The notes: generated from the sequence alone by a model not told the origin. A DNA stretch of 64,000 nt from Alphaproteobacteria bacterium (GCA_964291285.2 OZ219785.1:768001-832000); one strand, 5' to 3'; counted from the first letter of the stretch, positions 29,773 through 40,705 are shown. Numbers and translations are program-made.

Positions 29773-31518
29773 CTACTCTGCCGGCGCTTGTATCCTCGTC
29801 GAGAATCCGCCGGTGGCGCTCCCGTCCACGAAGTGGGTGATGAAGGTGCCTATCATGCCGGCCGGGCGCCCCGGGCCGCCCTGGTGGAAGGCTCCAGCCT
29901 GCCAACTGCCGGGCTTGTCGAAGGCGGTGCCGCCGCTGGAACCCGTGGCCAGACCTTCGACATCGAAGTTGTTGTTCGCGCCCTCCGCGAGCTTGACGCT
30001 CCAGTTCTCGTTGACGGCATTCCCCTTGAAGTTGTCGATCTTGCCTCCCATTTTACGGGCGCCTTCCTTCCCGAACTTGGCGTTGAGCGTCACATCCGCC
30101 GTGAACCGTGCGGACTTCTGCCCCGTGTGCTCGCCGGCGGTGTAGAGCTTCAGCGCCGACAGGCCAAAGGCTTCGCCCTTGTAGGTGGCGGTGGCGGGCA
30201 GATCGGAGTTCACGCCTAACTCCCCGCGCTCGGGGGCAGGGCTGTCTGCGATGGCATGGACCTTGCTCCTTTCATCGCCATCTCCAGACAGCCAGTACCC
30301 GTAGCGGGCATATTCATTCCACTGCGTGTAGTGGGAGTTCCTCGGCGTTATCCAGTAGTAGCGATAGTGGCCCGCGTAGTTATCGTCGAATTCGTCGGCC
30401 GCCTTGAAGAACAGGTTGCCGGTCAGCTTGCCGCCAGGGGCAGAGCAGGTGCCCTGGCAATACAGCGTCCCCTTGACCCCCTTGTAATACTGGTCCCCGG
30501 AGATGTCGGAGGGATACGCCGTCAGGACCGTTCCATCCGAGCCGGTGAGTGAGGACAGGGGCATCCCGGCAAGGGGCAGGACATCGACATCCATGTTGTC
30601 GGTGCCGAAAGCCTTCTTCACGAGCATCCCATCCTTGGCGGCAATCTGCTCCCAGGTCATGACGCCGGCCGGAAGTTCGCCGTCGTCATACTTGTGATAG
30701 AACAGGGATCTCCGATCGGCGTTAGTCCCGGTGGCGATGACCTTCGTCGGCGGAGTACTGTTCCCACCGTCTTTGTAGAGATTTGACGGCCTGTGAAGCC
30801 ACATACTCGTGGATACGCCATCGTAACCGCCGGCGCGGGTGCCGGTACGAGCTGTTTCCGCAGGCGACAAGACAGCAAGCATCCGCCTCGCGGGCCTTGA
30901 CGAATTAAGGTTGTCGAAGCCAGCTGTAGCGAGGGTTTCGCCGGCGCGGTCCTTGATTTCCGCCTCGGTATCGACCCTCGAGAAATAGTCTCCGATCGTG
31001 CCGGCCCCGGTCAGGGTCTTCTCGATGGCCTTGATCTCCGCTTTCACTGTTTCGATCTGACCCGTGACCACCTTCTTCTGCGCCGCAAGGCCGGTCGTGC
31101 CGGCCGACAGGGCGTTCAGGTCCGTCTGCGCCTTCTCGGCCGCCTTCAGCGCCGCCTTGGCGTCCGCCAGCGCCTTGTCGGCCGCCGCCTTCGCGTCTTT
31201 CACGAGCGCGGCGTTGGTCCGGACCACCGAACTGTCGCCTCCGGTGATGTACATTTGCCGAGAGAATTGGGGCGGCTCGACCGCCTTCTTGACCGCGGCC
31301 AGCTGAGCTTCCGCTTCCTTCCTGGCCGCCATCGCCGCCGTCTCGGCTGCCGCGGCGGCGTCGTAGGCCGCCTGCGCCTTCTGGACGTCCGTCATCTCCA
31401 TCTGCTGGTCGCCGTCCATCGGCGCGGCCGCCTTCTTCCCGCCACCGCCTCCGCAGCCCGCGAGCGCCAGGCCCGCAGCGGCCATCGCCGCCAGAGCCAC
31501 ATGTCTCATGGTTCCCAT
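29773..31518 (-). CDS. Surface lipoprotein with coiled-coil stalk and TbpB-like C-terminal barrel, copy 1
   Basis: Lipobox LAG-C plus GGGGG; Ala/Lys coiled coil; ATYKGEAFG, FTADVTLNAKF, GKIDNF, GGF terminal strand. Confidence 0.8.
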   Translation of the reverse strand: MGTMRHVALAAMAAAGLALAGCGGGGGKKAAAPMDGDQQMEMTDVQKAQAAYDAAAAAETAAMAARKEAEAQLAAVKKAVEPPQFSRQMYITGGDSSVVRTNAALVKDAKAAADKALADAKAALKAAEKAQTDLNALSAGTTGLAAQKKVVTGQIETVKAEIKAIEKTLTGAGTIGDYFSRVDTEAEIKDRAGETLATAGFDNLNSSRPARRMLAVLSPAETARTGTRAGGYDGVSTSMWLHRPSNLYKDGGNSTPPTKVIATGTNADRRSLFYHKYDDGELPAGVMTWEQIAAKDGMLVKKAFGTDNMDVDVLPLAGMPLSSLTGSDGTVLTAYPSDISGDQYYKGVKGTLYCQGTCSAPGGKLTGNLFFKAADEFDDNYAGHYRYYWITPRNSHYTQWNEYARYGYWLSGDGDERSKVHAIADSPAPERGELGVNSDLPATATYKGEAFGLSALKLYTAGEHTGQKSARFTADVTLNAKFGKEGARKMGGKIDNFKGNAVNENWSVKLAEGANNNFDVEGLATGSSGGTAFDKPGSWQAGAFHQGGPGRPAGMIGTFITHFVDGSATGGFSTRIQAPAE

Positions 31519-31600
31519 CGAACCCTTCTCCTTCCTTCTCTCAAGCCCGGACAAACCGGGCAAACCGTTTGAACCGTTCCTTCGCCGCGCGAAACGCAGG

Positions 31601-32785
31601 TCAGAAGCTCAGCGTGATGCCGGTCACGAACCCGGCGCCCTCGACGTTGCTGCCGGCGGCATTTTTGCCGGTGCTGGGCGCAGGCTTGCCTCTTTCCGCC
31701 GCCGGCACGCCGAAATCGTGCTTGCCGGGCATCGTGCCGCGGTCCCTCTCGGCCATGAACAGCGAGCTTCTCCAGGCAATGCCCGGCGCCAGCATGTAGC
31801 TCGCCGAAAACAGGCCGCCCGACTGCTCCGTGCCGTCGTCGGCCTCGGTCATCGTGCCGCTCAGGCTCACCGCCAGCGCGCCCTCCGAATACATCACCCC
31901 GGCGGCCACGACCTCGACATCATCCGAGGAGTCCGTCTTCATCCCGTCGTCCGCCGTGGCATAGGCGACATCGAAGCTGAACGCCCCCATGCCCACCCGC
32001 AGGCCGGCATTCGAGAAGGTGTAGTCGTCGTCGTCCATCTGGCTCTTCTGGTAGTGGCCCGCAGAGAACGCCAGGTTCATGTTGCCGAAATCGCCCTTGT
32101 AGTTGCCGGCGACCGACCAGGCGTCCATGTCGTTGTTCTTCACATTGCCGCCACGGCCTTCCTGCCCGGTGTTCGGGATGTAGCTCACGGCCATCTGCGC
32201 GCCGTTCACCCGCGGCGTGAAGTAGCTCACCAGGTTCTTGTCGCCGAGGCCGTGGCCCGCGGTCCCCAGGCCGGAGGGCCCGCACTCGTTGATGCCGTTG
32301 ATCCATCTGCCCATGTCGCCGCAGAGCATGCCGAAACCGGCATCCCGCACGCCCATGTGGGTGAGAACCACCGCGCTGTCCTCGGCTCCCAGCGTGATCT
32401 GACCGAACTCGCCGCCAACCGTCACCTGCGACTCGTCGATCATCGAACCCGACTGACTGTTGCCCTCGAGCTCCACCTTCATCGAGAAGGTCATGCCGTT
32501 GTCGGCGTCCAGCTTGCCCTTGAAGAAGATCTCGCTGTCCGACTGCTGGGCAACGCCGCCCTCTTTCATCGCGTCCGCCTCGTCGTCCACATCGACCATC
32601 CCGAACCACTGCTGCATGTAGCCGCCGACGCCCACGCTCAGCATCTCCGCCGCAGACGCAGGACCCGCCGCAAGCGCAAGACCCGAGGCCGCAAGAAGAA
32701 CCTTGCCCGTGAAGCTCCGCGCACGGCATCCGCCATGCTGCCTGCCGTCCCCCGGCCATGCCGGGCCATGTCTTGTTGTCGTCAT
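31601..32785 (-). CDS. Alphaproteobacterial-type general porin, copy 1
   Basis: DSEIFFKG..DNGM, GEFGQITLG, SYFTPRVNG, terminal Phe; GAAGGAG RBS. Confidence 0.85.
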   Translation of the reverse strand: MTTTRHGPAWPGDGRQHGGCRARSFTGKVLLAASGLALAAGPASAAEMLSVGVGGYMQQWFGMVDVDDEADAMKEGGVAQQSDSEIFFKGKLDADNGMTFSMKVELEGNSQSGSMIDESQVTVGGEFGQITLGAEDSAVVLTHMGVRDAGFGMLCGDMGRWINGINECGPSGLGTAGHGLGDKNLVSYFTPRVNGAQMAVSYIPNTGQEGRGGNVKNNDMDAWSVAGNYKGDFGNMNLAFSAGHYQKSQMDDDDYTFSNAGLRVGMGAFSFDVAYATADDGMKTDSSDDVEVVAAGVMYSEGALAVSLSGTMTEADDGTEQSGGLFSASYMLAPGIAWRSSLFMAERDRGTMPGKHDFGVPAAERGKPAPSTGKNAAGSNVEGAGFVTGITLSF

Positions 32786-33136
32786 CGTCTCGTCTCCTTC
32801 AGGTGAAAGCCCGTCCGCAGCGCCCGTCGACCGCCGCACGCCGGAGAAGGCGCACGACGGGGCGGCAGGTCACCGGGGACGGGAGGTGAAGCCGCGGCCC
32901 CGGAAAGGCCGCGGCAGAAAGCGTGACGGGGAAAGCCGGGCCGCCCGCAAGGCGGTCATGCCGCAAGCGCGGCGGGCGCGCTCCCGCGCGCTGCCCGGCA
33001 ACCTGTCCATCTGCACGCGCCCGGCGATCCTCCGCAGAGGACGCACGGGCGGGAAAGACAACAATCAGGCGGGAGCCGCTCTCCCGATGGCGAACCGGCA
33101 GACCGGCGCCAGAAGACGGCAAATGAAAGACATGAA

Positions 33137-33261
33137 GAGGCGCGAGGCGCGAGGCGCGAGGCGCGAGGCGCGAGGCGCGAGGCGCGAGGCGCGAGGCGCG
33201 AGGCGCGAGGCGCGAGGCGCGAGGCGCGAGGCGCGAGGCGCGAGGCGCGAGGCGCGAGGCG
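33137..33261. repeat. Perfect heptamer tandem repeat (GAGGCGC) x17 plus 6 nt
   Basis: Counted directly. Confidence 0.97.
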
Positions 33262-33262
33262 T

Positions 33263-33294
33263 ATTCTACACCGTGTTCGAGCCGCTGAAGTCAA
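33263..33294 (-). promoter_or_regulatory. Candidate promoter TTGACT-N20-TAGAAT for the porin cassette
   Basis: Both hexamers conserved in the second copy (59937-59968) while the spacer differs; spacing non-canonical. Confidence 0.4.
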
Positions 33295-34301
33295 GTCCGG
33301 ATACACCCGCCGCTGAGATGGCCCGGAACCTCTAACCCGGCCGCACGACACCGCACAACCTCCCGGACCAACCCGAACGCCGATTTTACCGACCTGTTGC
33401 ATCCATGCCACAGTCAGCCGCCGACGGGCCCCCGCAAACCGGGCCCGCGGCGCCCATCGACGACCGGCAGGCGCGGCTTTCTCCACCGGCGTGCAATGGA
33501 ACGCAATGGAGCGTCCGCTGCCGCGTCTTCCCCACTCCAGGCCCGCCGCCGCCAGCGGCGCATCGACAAATGCGCCGCCCTCCCCCGGGTCTCGTCCCCG
33601 CTCTCCCGGTTCGCCATCCGCCGCCGCTCGATCCGCGACAGGACCGCCGCCTCCCGCAGCACCCGGAGCAGAAGGTTCGTTGACGGACCCGCCGCCCCGG
33701 CGCCTCCACCGGGCCGGCGAGCCGGTGCGCGATGTAGCGGAAGACCATCATGCCGGACCGCCTGCGCGCTCGCCGATGCGCGCCCGTTTCCCGCCGGGCG
33801 CCATCACCGCGCGCTGCGCCGCCCGGCGGCCGGCTCATGACGACGCTCCCGCAACCGCCGCAGCCGTCACCATTCCGATTTCCATCGGCCAACATGCTTG
33901 CGTTTCTCCTGTATCAATTATGGTATTCATCCTCTCAAGAGGTGATTCGGTGCATCACCGCCATGATCCTGACTGCCTTCGCATCAAGAAAGCATCCATG
34001 CATGGAGCTATCCTCCATGCCCCCCTGAGCACAACGCATTGTCCTTGTTCACTTCCCCCAGTGCCATTATCGCCTTTACGGCTTCCTCGTAGGTCAATCC
34101 GGTTTCCTGCCATTGCCTCTTGTCATGCCCGGAAATATCCAGTATTCAGGCCCCCTCATGGGAGGAATGCGACCTTTCGTCAGATAGTGCCCTAACGTGA
34201 AAAATCTCATTTGAGATTTACACCGGAGACAGGAAGGGCCGCGAAGGTGGGGCAACGCGCAGGAAGGGGATTTCCTGCGCGGAATCAACAGCCTGTCCCC
34301 T

Positions 34302-34338
34302 CCATCCGACCGGAAAAACCCCACAGCGCAAATTTCTC
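34302..34338 (+). repeat. 37-bp orphan IS-end-like sequence
   Basis: Identical to 39576-39612 downstream of a transposase gene. Confidence 0.6.
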
Positions 34339-34398
34339 TCTTTGAGGCGCGCGGTCAATTGTGTTAAGATTCCACGGACGGAACAGGGAGATTCAGCC

Positions 34399-35052
34399 AT
34401 GGCGAAACCCGGAATCACGCTTTCACCGCGCAAAGCGCACGGCGACCGTTGGGAATGGTGGAACCCCGATTTCGTCTTCGATTTTGTCGGTACCGATGGC
34501 GACGACAGGCTCTACGGCGGCTACGGCGACGACGCCATGCGCGGCGGCAAGGGCGACGACATGCTGTACGGCGGCGACGGCGACGACCTTCTGAAGGGCG
34601 GCAATGGCGACGACACGCTGAAAGGCAGCTACGGCGACGACACGCTGAAAGGCGGCCGGGGCGACGACGACTTTGTGGACACGTCCGGCAACAATTTCAT
34701 GTACGGCGGCCGGGGCGACGACTTCATGGTCGCCGGCGATGGCGACGACATGCTCAAGGGCGGCCGGGGCCACGACATCCTGTACAGCGGCGGCGGTGCG
34801 GACCGTTTCGTTTTTGGCAGGAACAGCGGTTTCGACTCGGTCATGGACTATGAAGACGGCAAGGACAAGCTCGTCTTCAAAGGCGGCATCCAGTTCTCGG
34901 ACCTGATCTTCACTTACGAAGAGCTGAACAACCCGGACTTGAGCCGTGCCGTAACCAAAATCGAAGACGCTTCCGGTGAATGGGCAGTTCATTTTGACAA
35001 TTATGTAAAGGAGGAGGAATTGACCGAGTCCGATTTCGAGTTCCTCGGCTAA
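34399..35052 (+). CDS. RTX/hemolysin-type Ca-binding repeat protein
   Basis: Tandem GGxGDDxLx nonapeptides, GADRFVF, C-terminal LTESDFEF. Confidence 0.9.
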   Translation: MAKPGITLSPRKAHGDRWEWWNPDFVFDFVGTDGDDRLYGGYGDDAMRGGKGDDMLYGGDGDDLLKGGNGDDTLKGSYGDDTLKGGRGDDDFVDTSGNNFMYGGRGDDFMVAGDGDDMLKGGRGHDILYSGGGADRFVFGRNSGFDSVMDYEDGKDKLVFKGGIQFSDLIFTYEELNNPDLSRAVTKIEDASGEWAVHFDNYVKEEELTESDFEFLG

Positions 35053-35099
35053 CCCGGAACCAGAACGCTTTTTCCAACCATCTTCAAGGGAAACAAACC

Positions 35100-35194
35100 A
35101 TGGCACGACCCGGAAAAATCATTACCGGAACCCCCGGTCATGATTATGCAGGACCTTGGCACTATCCGCAGGATGGCGGACCGCGCTACCGCTC
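35100..35194 (+). pseudogene. 5' stub of RTX gene cut by IS1634
   Basis: Identical to 36654-36748. Confidence 0.8.
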
Positions 35195-36117
35195 CTGACT
35201 TCGACGGTTGATTCGGGTAAGTAGTTGATATTGTCCGGTTCTCATTTCCGGCCAGGCACTACATTCGGCATTTCTTCGAGTTCTGGCCGGGCGTGGCTGT
35301 GGGTCAGGCGAGCAGGTATGGGGTGATTGTCAGGGGCAACCCCAAGGTGGCGTAGATCTGTTCCGCCGCGGGTGTGGGCTTCGAGGGGATGACGTAGCGG
35401 TTTCCCGATTGCCGGCAGCGCAGCACGGAGCATTGGCGGTGGACGAGGGCGGAGCGGATGACCTCCGGGGACATCCTCTGCTTCTGGATGGCGACGCGGT
35501 ATGCGAGGTGGCGGACACAGGCGAAGGCCATGAAGGCGATGGCGATGTGGGCGCGGATGCGGTCCGGGTTCCAGTGCCATATGGGCCGCACCCGGAGGTC
35601 GTGCCTGGTGATGCGGAAGCTTTCCTCGACCTGCCAGAGCCCGTGGTAGTGGGACATCACTTCGGTGACGCTGGCGTCGCGCAGATTGGTGATGACGCCG
35701 GCGAGCCCGTCCCATTGCTCGGCCTCGGCGATCTTCTCCGGGTTCACCGTGAGCCGGGCGTCGCCCTCGACGGCGATGAAGCGCTTCATTCCATGGTTGG
35801 AGAGCAGCTCCTTGGGATTGTTGCTGCGGGTCAGCCTGCCGAGCAGGCGCTGCACCTGCTTGCGGCGCTCGTGCGCGTCCTTGCGCGCGCGCTTGGGGCA
35901 GAAGACGACGATCAGGCGTCGGCCCTTGTATTCCCATTCGCCGACCCGGCGGTTCTCCGGGCCCTCCAGCGGGGCATAGGCGTCCGGGTCGAGAAGCTGC
36001 TTGCGCAGGGCGAGCGGCAGCTTGCGCAGCCGCGCGCCGACGACATACGCGCCGCCGATCCTGTCCATGGCGTCGAGGTTGTCGGCGCTCAGCATGCCCC
36101 GATCGGCCACGCACACC
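35195..36117 (-). mobile_element. IS1634-family transposase, 3' half with right end
   Basis: VADRGM, YHGLWQVEESFR..HDLRVRPIWH...RIRAHI; CCTGACTT end. Confidence 0.85.
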
Positions 36118-36606
36118 ATGCGCGGCGCCAAGGGCGACGACCTTCTGACGGGCGGCCGGGGCGACGACAAGCTGTACGGCAGCAGCGGCGACGACGTGCT
36201 GAAGGGCGGCCGGGGCGACGACTACATGTGGGACATGGACGGCGACAACTTTTTGCACGGCGGCCGGGGCGACGACTTCATGGTCGCCGGCGATGGCGAC
36301 GACATGCTCAAGGGCGGCCGGGGCCACGACATCCTGTACAGCGGCGGCGGTGCGGACCGTTTCGTTTTTGGCAGGAACAGCGGTTTCGACTCGGTCATGG
36401 ACTATGAAGACGGCAAGGACAAGCTCGTCTTCAAAGGCGGCATCCAGTTCTCGGACCTGATCTTCACTTACGAAGAGCTGAACAACCCGGACTTGAGCCG
36501 TGCCGTAACCAAAATCGAAGACGCTTCCGGTGAATGGGCAGTTCATTTTGACAATTATGTAAAGGAGGAGGAATTGACCGAGTCCGATTTCGAGTTCCTC
36601 GGCTAA
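36118..36606 (+). pseudogene. RTX protein paralogue, 5' truncated
   Basis: 3' part identical to the 34399-35052 gene; different 5' repeats. Confidence 0.75.
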
Positions 36607-36653
36607 CCCGGAACCAGAACGCTTTTTCCAACCATCTTCAAGGGAAACAAACC

Positions 36654-37487
36654 ATGGCACGACCCGGAAAAATCATTACCGGAACCCCCGGTCATGATTA
36701 TGCAGGACCTTGGCACTATCCGCAGGATGGCGGACCGCGCTACCGCTCAAAGGACTTGGAGGGAACGAACCGCGACGACACGATCCGAGGCTTGGAGGGG
36801 CATGATCGAATCGTCGGCAAGCGTGGCGACGACACGCTGTACGGCGGCGACGGCGTGGATCTGATCCTGGGCAACGCTGGCGACGACACGCTGTACGGCG
36901 ACGCTGGCGACGACCACCTGTTAGGTGATTCCGGAAGCGACACGCTGCGCGGCGGCGAGGGCAACGACCGCATGTGGGGCGGCACAGGCCGGGACCTTCT
37001 TTACGGCGACGCCGGCCACGACGACATGTGGGGCAACGAGGGCCGGGACTCTCTTTACGGTGGCGACGGCGACGACCGGATGGACGGCGGCGACAACGAC
37101 GACCTTCTGAAGGGCGGCGACGGAAGAGACACGCTGGAGGGAGGCAACGGCAACGACACGCTCGACGGCGGCGACGGCGACGACTTCCTGTGGGGCAACA
37201 ACGGCAACGATACCTTCATCTTCAGCGGGAACAGCGGAAAGGACGTCATCCGTGACTACGATCCCGATTCGGACCAAATCCAGATCAAGGGAGTCTCCGG
37301 GATCGAAGATTCTGGCGACCTCTATCGCTTTTCTACCAAGCTAGGCAACGACGATGCTGTAATAATCTACAAAGCAACAGAGGTTAATGAAGACAATGAC
37401 GCCAGGGACAACGCAACGTGGGAAATCAAGCTTCTTGATACGCAGTTGTCCGACGTTGATCTGTCCGACTTCGATATCATCGCCTGA
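36654..37487 (+). CDS. RTX/hemolysin-type Ca-binding repeat protein
   Basis: Many GGxGxDxLx repeats, GNDTFIF, C-terminal DLSDFDII. Confidence 0.9.
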   Translation: MARPGKIITGTPGHDYAGPWHYPQDGGPRYRSKDLEGTNRDDTIRGLEGHDRIVGKRGDDTLYGGDGVDLILGNAGDDTLYGDAGDDHLLGDSGSDTLRGGEGNDRMWGGTGRDLLYGDAGHDDMWGNEGRDSLYGGDGDDRMDGGDNDDLLKGGDGRDTLEGGNGNDTLDGGDGDDFLWGNNGNDTFIFSGNSGKDVIRDYDPDSDQIQIKGVSGIEDSGDLYRFSTKLGNDDAVIIYKATEVNEDNDARDNATWEIKLLDTQLSDVDLSDFDIIA

Positions 37488-37968
37488 CGGTTAAAACTTG
37501 CCGCCCCGGCGTTCGGGGCGCGTATCTGCTTGCATAAGCGGCGCGGGGCCGTCGCCGGGCCGCGGCGAACGCTCGCAAGCTCGCTACACGCCGACCCCGG
37601 CGAGACCTTATCGCGCCTGAATGGACACGGCAGAATCGAGCGCCCGGCGAAGATCCCGGTCAGGCTCCCGGCGTCGCCGCCAGTCTCCCGAAGCGTGTTG
37701 CCCTGCACCGCAATGAGGCGTGTGCGCTGTTTGGAAGTGCTTTCTGAGCAAGGCATTGCGGAGGGTCTGGATTTTTCTTACCCCGTCAGGATGGCTGATT
37801 TCGGGGGTTTTTGCGGCTTGGCGGGAAGGGTTTTGTGGATTTCCACCCCATGGCCGTGCGCGGGCTGGTTTTCGGGCGCGTCGCGTTGAGGCGCGTGACT
37901 GAGTAGAAGTTGTCGCCATCGGGCCTGGGCCCTGTTCCCCTACAACGTGTCCAGACGATTGGAAGAAC

Positions 37969-39403
37969 ATGATGGCGACAGCGGAGAAGTTAGCCTTTTC
38001 GTGGTGGTCTGTGGAAGGCCTTGCGGACCTTGCGCGGTTGCGTGTGGTGCTCGACACGCTTCCCGACGAGGAGGTTGTGGCGGCGCTTGAGGCGGGTCGA
38101 GGCCGGGGTCGCAACGACTACCCGGTGCGGGCGATGTGGCGGGCTCTGATCGCGGGGATCGTGTTCCAGCATGCCTCGATGCAGTCGCTTCTGCGGGAGC
38201 TGGGCCGCAACCCGGCGCTTCTGGAGATTTGCGGTTTCGAGGCGCTGCCCTTGCAGGGTGCGCCGTTGGTGGCGCTTTGCGCGGGGCGCCTGGAACTTCT
38301 CGCGGTTCCTGGGGCGCGTGGTGCGCCTTGAGGACGAGCGCGGCCTTGTGTCGGGGATGATCGGGCGTCTGCGCGCCTCGCTGTTCGAGGAGTTGCCGGA
38401 CTTCGGTCGCCATCCCGGGTATGACGGCAAGGCGGTGGCGAGCCACTCGACGGGCCGGGTTGCCGGGGCCAGGGGGCAGACCTCGGACCCCGATGCGGAC
38501 TGGGGCAGGCACGAGACGGGCGGGGTGAACGCGAAGACCGGCGCGGTGTGGAAGAAGGTGAAGTCGTGGTTCGGCTACGGGCTTCACCTGATCGCCGACA
38601 CGGACCACGAGGTTCCTGTGGCCTTCGAGGTGACGCGGGCGTCGGCATCGGAACCCGGGGCGCTGTCCGGGATGGTGGAGGAGTTGTTCGCCGGGGCGCC
38701 GGAGATGGCCGGGCGCTGCGCCACCTTCAGCGCCGACCGCGGTCTCGACAACGCCCGCCTGAAGGCGCGGCTGTGGGACAGGTGGCATATCCGCCCGCTG
38801 ATCGACACGCGCCTGATGTGGCGGGTCGAGAAGAAGGAGCCGGGCCATGACCCGGCCGGGCCGATCACGCGACCGCTGTTCCCCGGGCGCGCCGACGTCA
38901 TCGTTCATGACGAACGCGGCCGGGTGTCCTGCGTGTGCCCGCAGACCGGCGAGGTCCGCGCCATGGCCTTCCAGGGGTTCGAGGCCGGGCGCGGCGTCTG
39001 CGGCACGCTCGAATACCGCTGCCCCGCAGCCGCCTTCGGCTTCGAGTGCAAGGGACGCCGGGCCTGCCATCGGGCGGGTGGGGTGAAGTCCGGCGAATAC
39101 GGCCGCATCCTGCGCGTCGATCCCGACAGCCATGACCGGCGCCTCTTCACGCCCACGCCCTGGGGCAGCCCGTCATGGCGGCGCGGATACAACCGGCGCA
39201 CCGCCATGGAGCGGATCAACGCCCGCCTCGACCGCAGCTTCAACTTCGAGACCCATTACATCCGCGGACGCGCGAAGATGAAGACCCGCATCGGGCTGGC
39301 CCTGGCGGTCATGATGGCCATGGCGCTTGCACAGGCCCGCGCCGGACGCGTCGCACGCATGCGCTCCCTGGTCGGCCCGGCGCCATACCTCGATACCGGC
39401 TGA
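37969..39403 (+). pseudogene. DDE transposase (IS5/IS1182-like), frameshifted near 38270
   Basis: GRGRNDYPV N-domain; SDPDADWG, WFGYGLHL, ADRGLD, YNRRTAMERIN; split over two frames. Confidence 0.75.
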
Positions 39404-39664
39404 CCCCTCAGCCGACTGCCGACAACGCTGATCCAACCCGCCGGACCCCGGCATACGGACACCCGCGACCGAAGGCCGGCGATGCTGCCGGGCTGGGCCG
39501 CTCAAGTTCGAAAAGCAACCGCGGCGACCGCCTCGAACGCCGGAACAAACAACATCACCAACCGGACCCAACGTCCCATCCGACCGGAAAAACCCCACAG
39601 CGCAAATTTCTCGGCCGGTGGTTTGCCGTGGCGGTGGTGGCCGATCGTCGGATATGCTGCGCCG

Positions 39665-40537
39665 ATGTCCGCCCGGACACCAGATCCTTTCCCTCCGGAA
39701 CGGCCCGGGGCGGACCGTCAACCGGACCTGTTCGACGGATGCAGGCGGGCTGATGTCCGCAGCCGGTCGGGGCACTTGATCCGGCCTGCGGCCCCTGCGC
39801 CGTCGTCGCTTTGCGACAACGAGCTGACCGGACGGCTTGCAGATGCGGGGCCAGCGGATATTGACGCGCTCTGCGCGGAGGTCGTCGCGCGGTCGTTGCC
39901 GGCGGCGGTTCCGGCGCTGGAGGGTCTGTGGTGCCGGCTCCGCGGCTTCGGCATTGATCGGCCGCTGCGGGAACAGTGCGCCGTGCTGGAAACCCTGGCG
40001 CGGCTGGAGGATAGCGGGGCGCACGCCGCGTTGAAGCGGATCGTCCTTTCGCCGGGCCTGCCGGCTTCATTGCTGCCGGTTGCGTTGCAATCCGCCGCCA
40101 GGGCGGGGTTGGTCCTGCCGGCCGCATTCGTTGCCGGGTTCCTCGACCATGACGATCCGGGAGTGCGCACGGCGGCCTTCGACCTCGCGTCCGGGGCGGG
40201 CGTGCCGGCGTCCCGGCTGCGGGAGGGGCTGTCCGACCGGGAACCGTCGATCCGCCGGGGAGCGGCGATGGCGCTGGCGCGTCGGGGCGATGCTTCGGGC
40301 CGGGACATGCTGACTGCCGAACTCGCCGCCGCGCCCTCGGACGGGATCGTCGAGGCGCTGGGCGCGATCGGCGATGACGAGGCGATCGTGGCGCTCGGAC
40401 GCTGCGCCTTGCGTCATCCGGATGTCGCGCCGGTCGTGATCGCCGTCCTGCGCGATCTGGGCGAGCCGCGCGCCGACAGGCTCGCCGCCCGCCTGGAAGC
40501 GGACCCCGCACGGTCGAACATGGGGCCGGCGCCGTGA
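39665..40537 (+). CDS. HEAT-repeat-like protein
   Basis: LDHDDPGVRTAA, LSDREPSIRRGAAMALA, VEALGAIGD. Confidence 0.6.
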   Translation: MSARTPDPFPPERPGADRQPDLFDGCRRADVRSRSGHLIRPAAPAPSSLCDNELTGRLADAGPADIDALCAEVVARSLPAAVPALEGLWCRLRGFGIDRPLREQCAVLETLARLEDSGAHAALKRIVLSPGLPASLLPVALQSAARAGLVLPAAFVAGFLDHDDPGVRTAAFDLASGAGVPASRLREGLSDREPSIRRGAAMALARRGDASGRDMLTAELAAAPSDGIVEALGAIGDDEAIVALGRCALRHPDVAPVVIAVLRDLGEPRADRLAARLEADPARSNMGPAP

Positions 40538-40705
40538 CAGTTCCTGCCGGCGGCGAGGCCGCGAACGGCAACGGGGCAGGCAGGGCGGCGCACGAGGCCG
40601 GGGTCACCCTCAGGCGCGCTGGCAGGCGGCGGCGTCCGGAAGGCTGCGCCCACGGGTCATGACGAAGGCCGGGCGGGCCACGGGAGGCCGGGGACGGGCG
40701 GCCCG

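Noticed and set aside
33137-33261. Possible CRISPR array or REARGAR repeat protein
   Set aside because: Pure 7-bp tandem repeat without spacers; overlapping ORFs are low-complexity, not conserved in frame between copies, and no cas genes are present
33430-34300. ORFs in the spacer between the cassette and the RTX genes
   Set aside because: No motifs, RBS or codon bias supporting a gene
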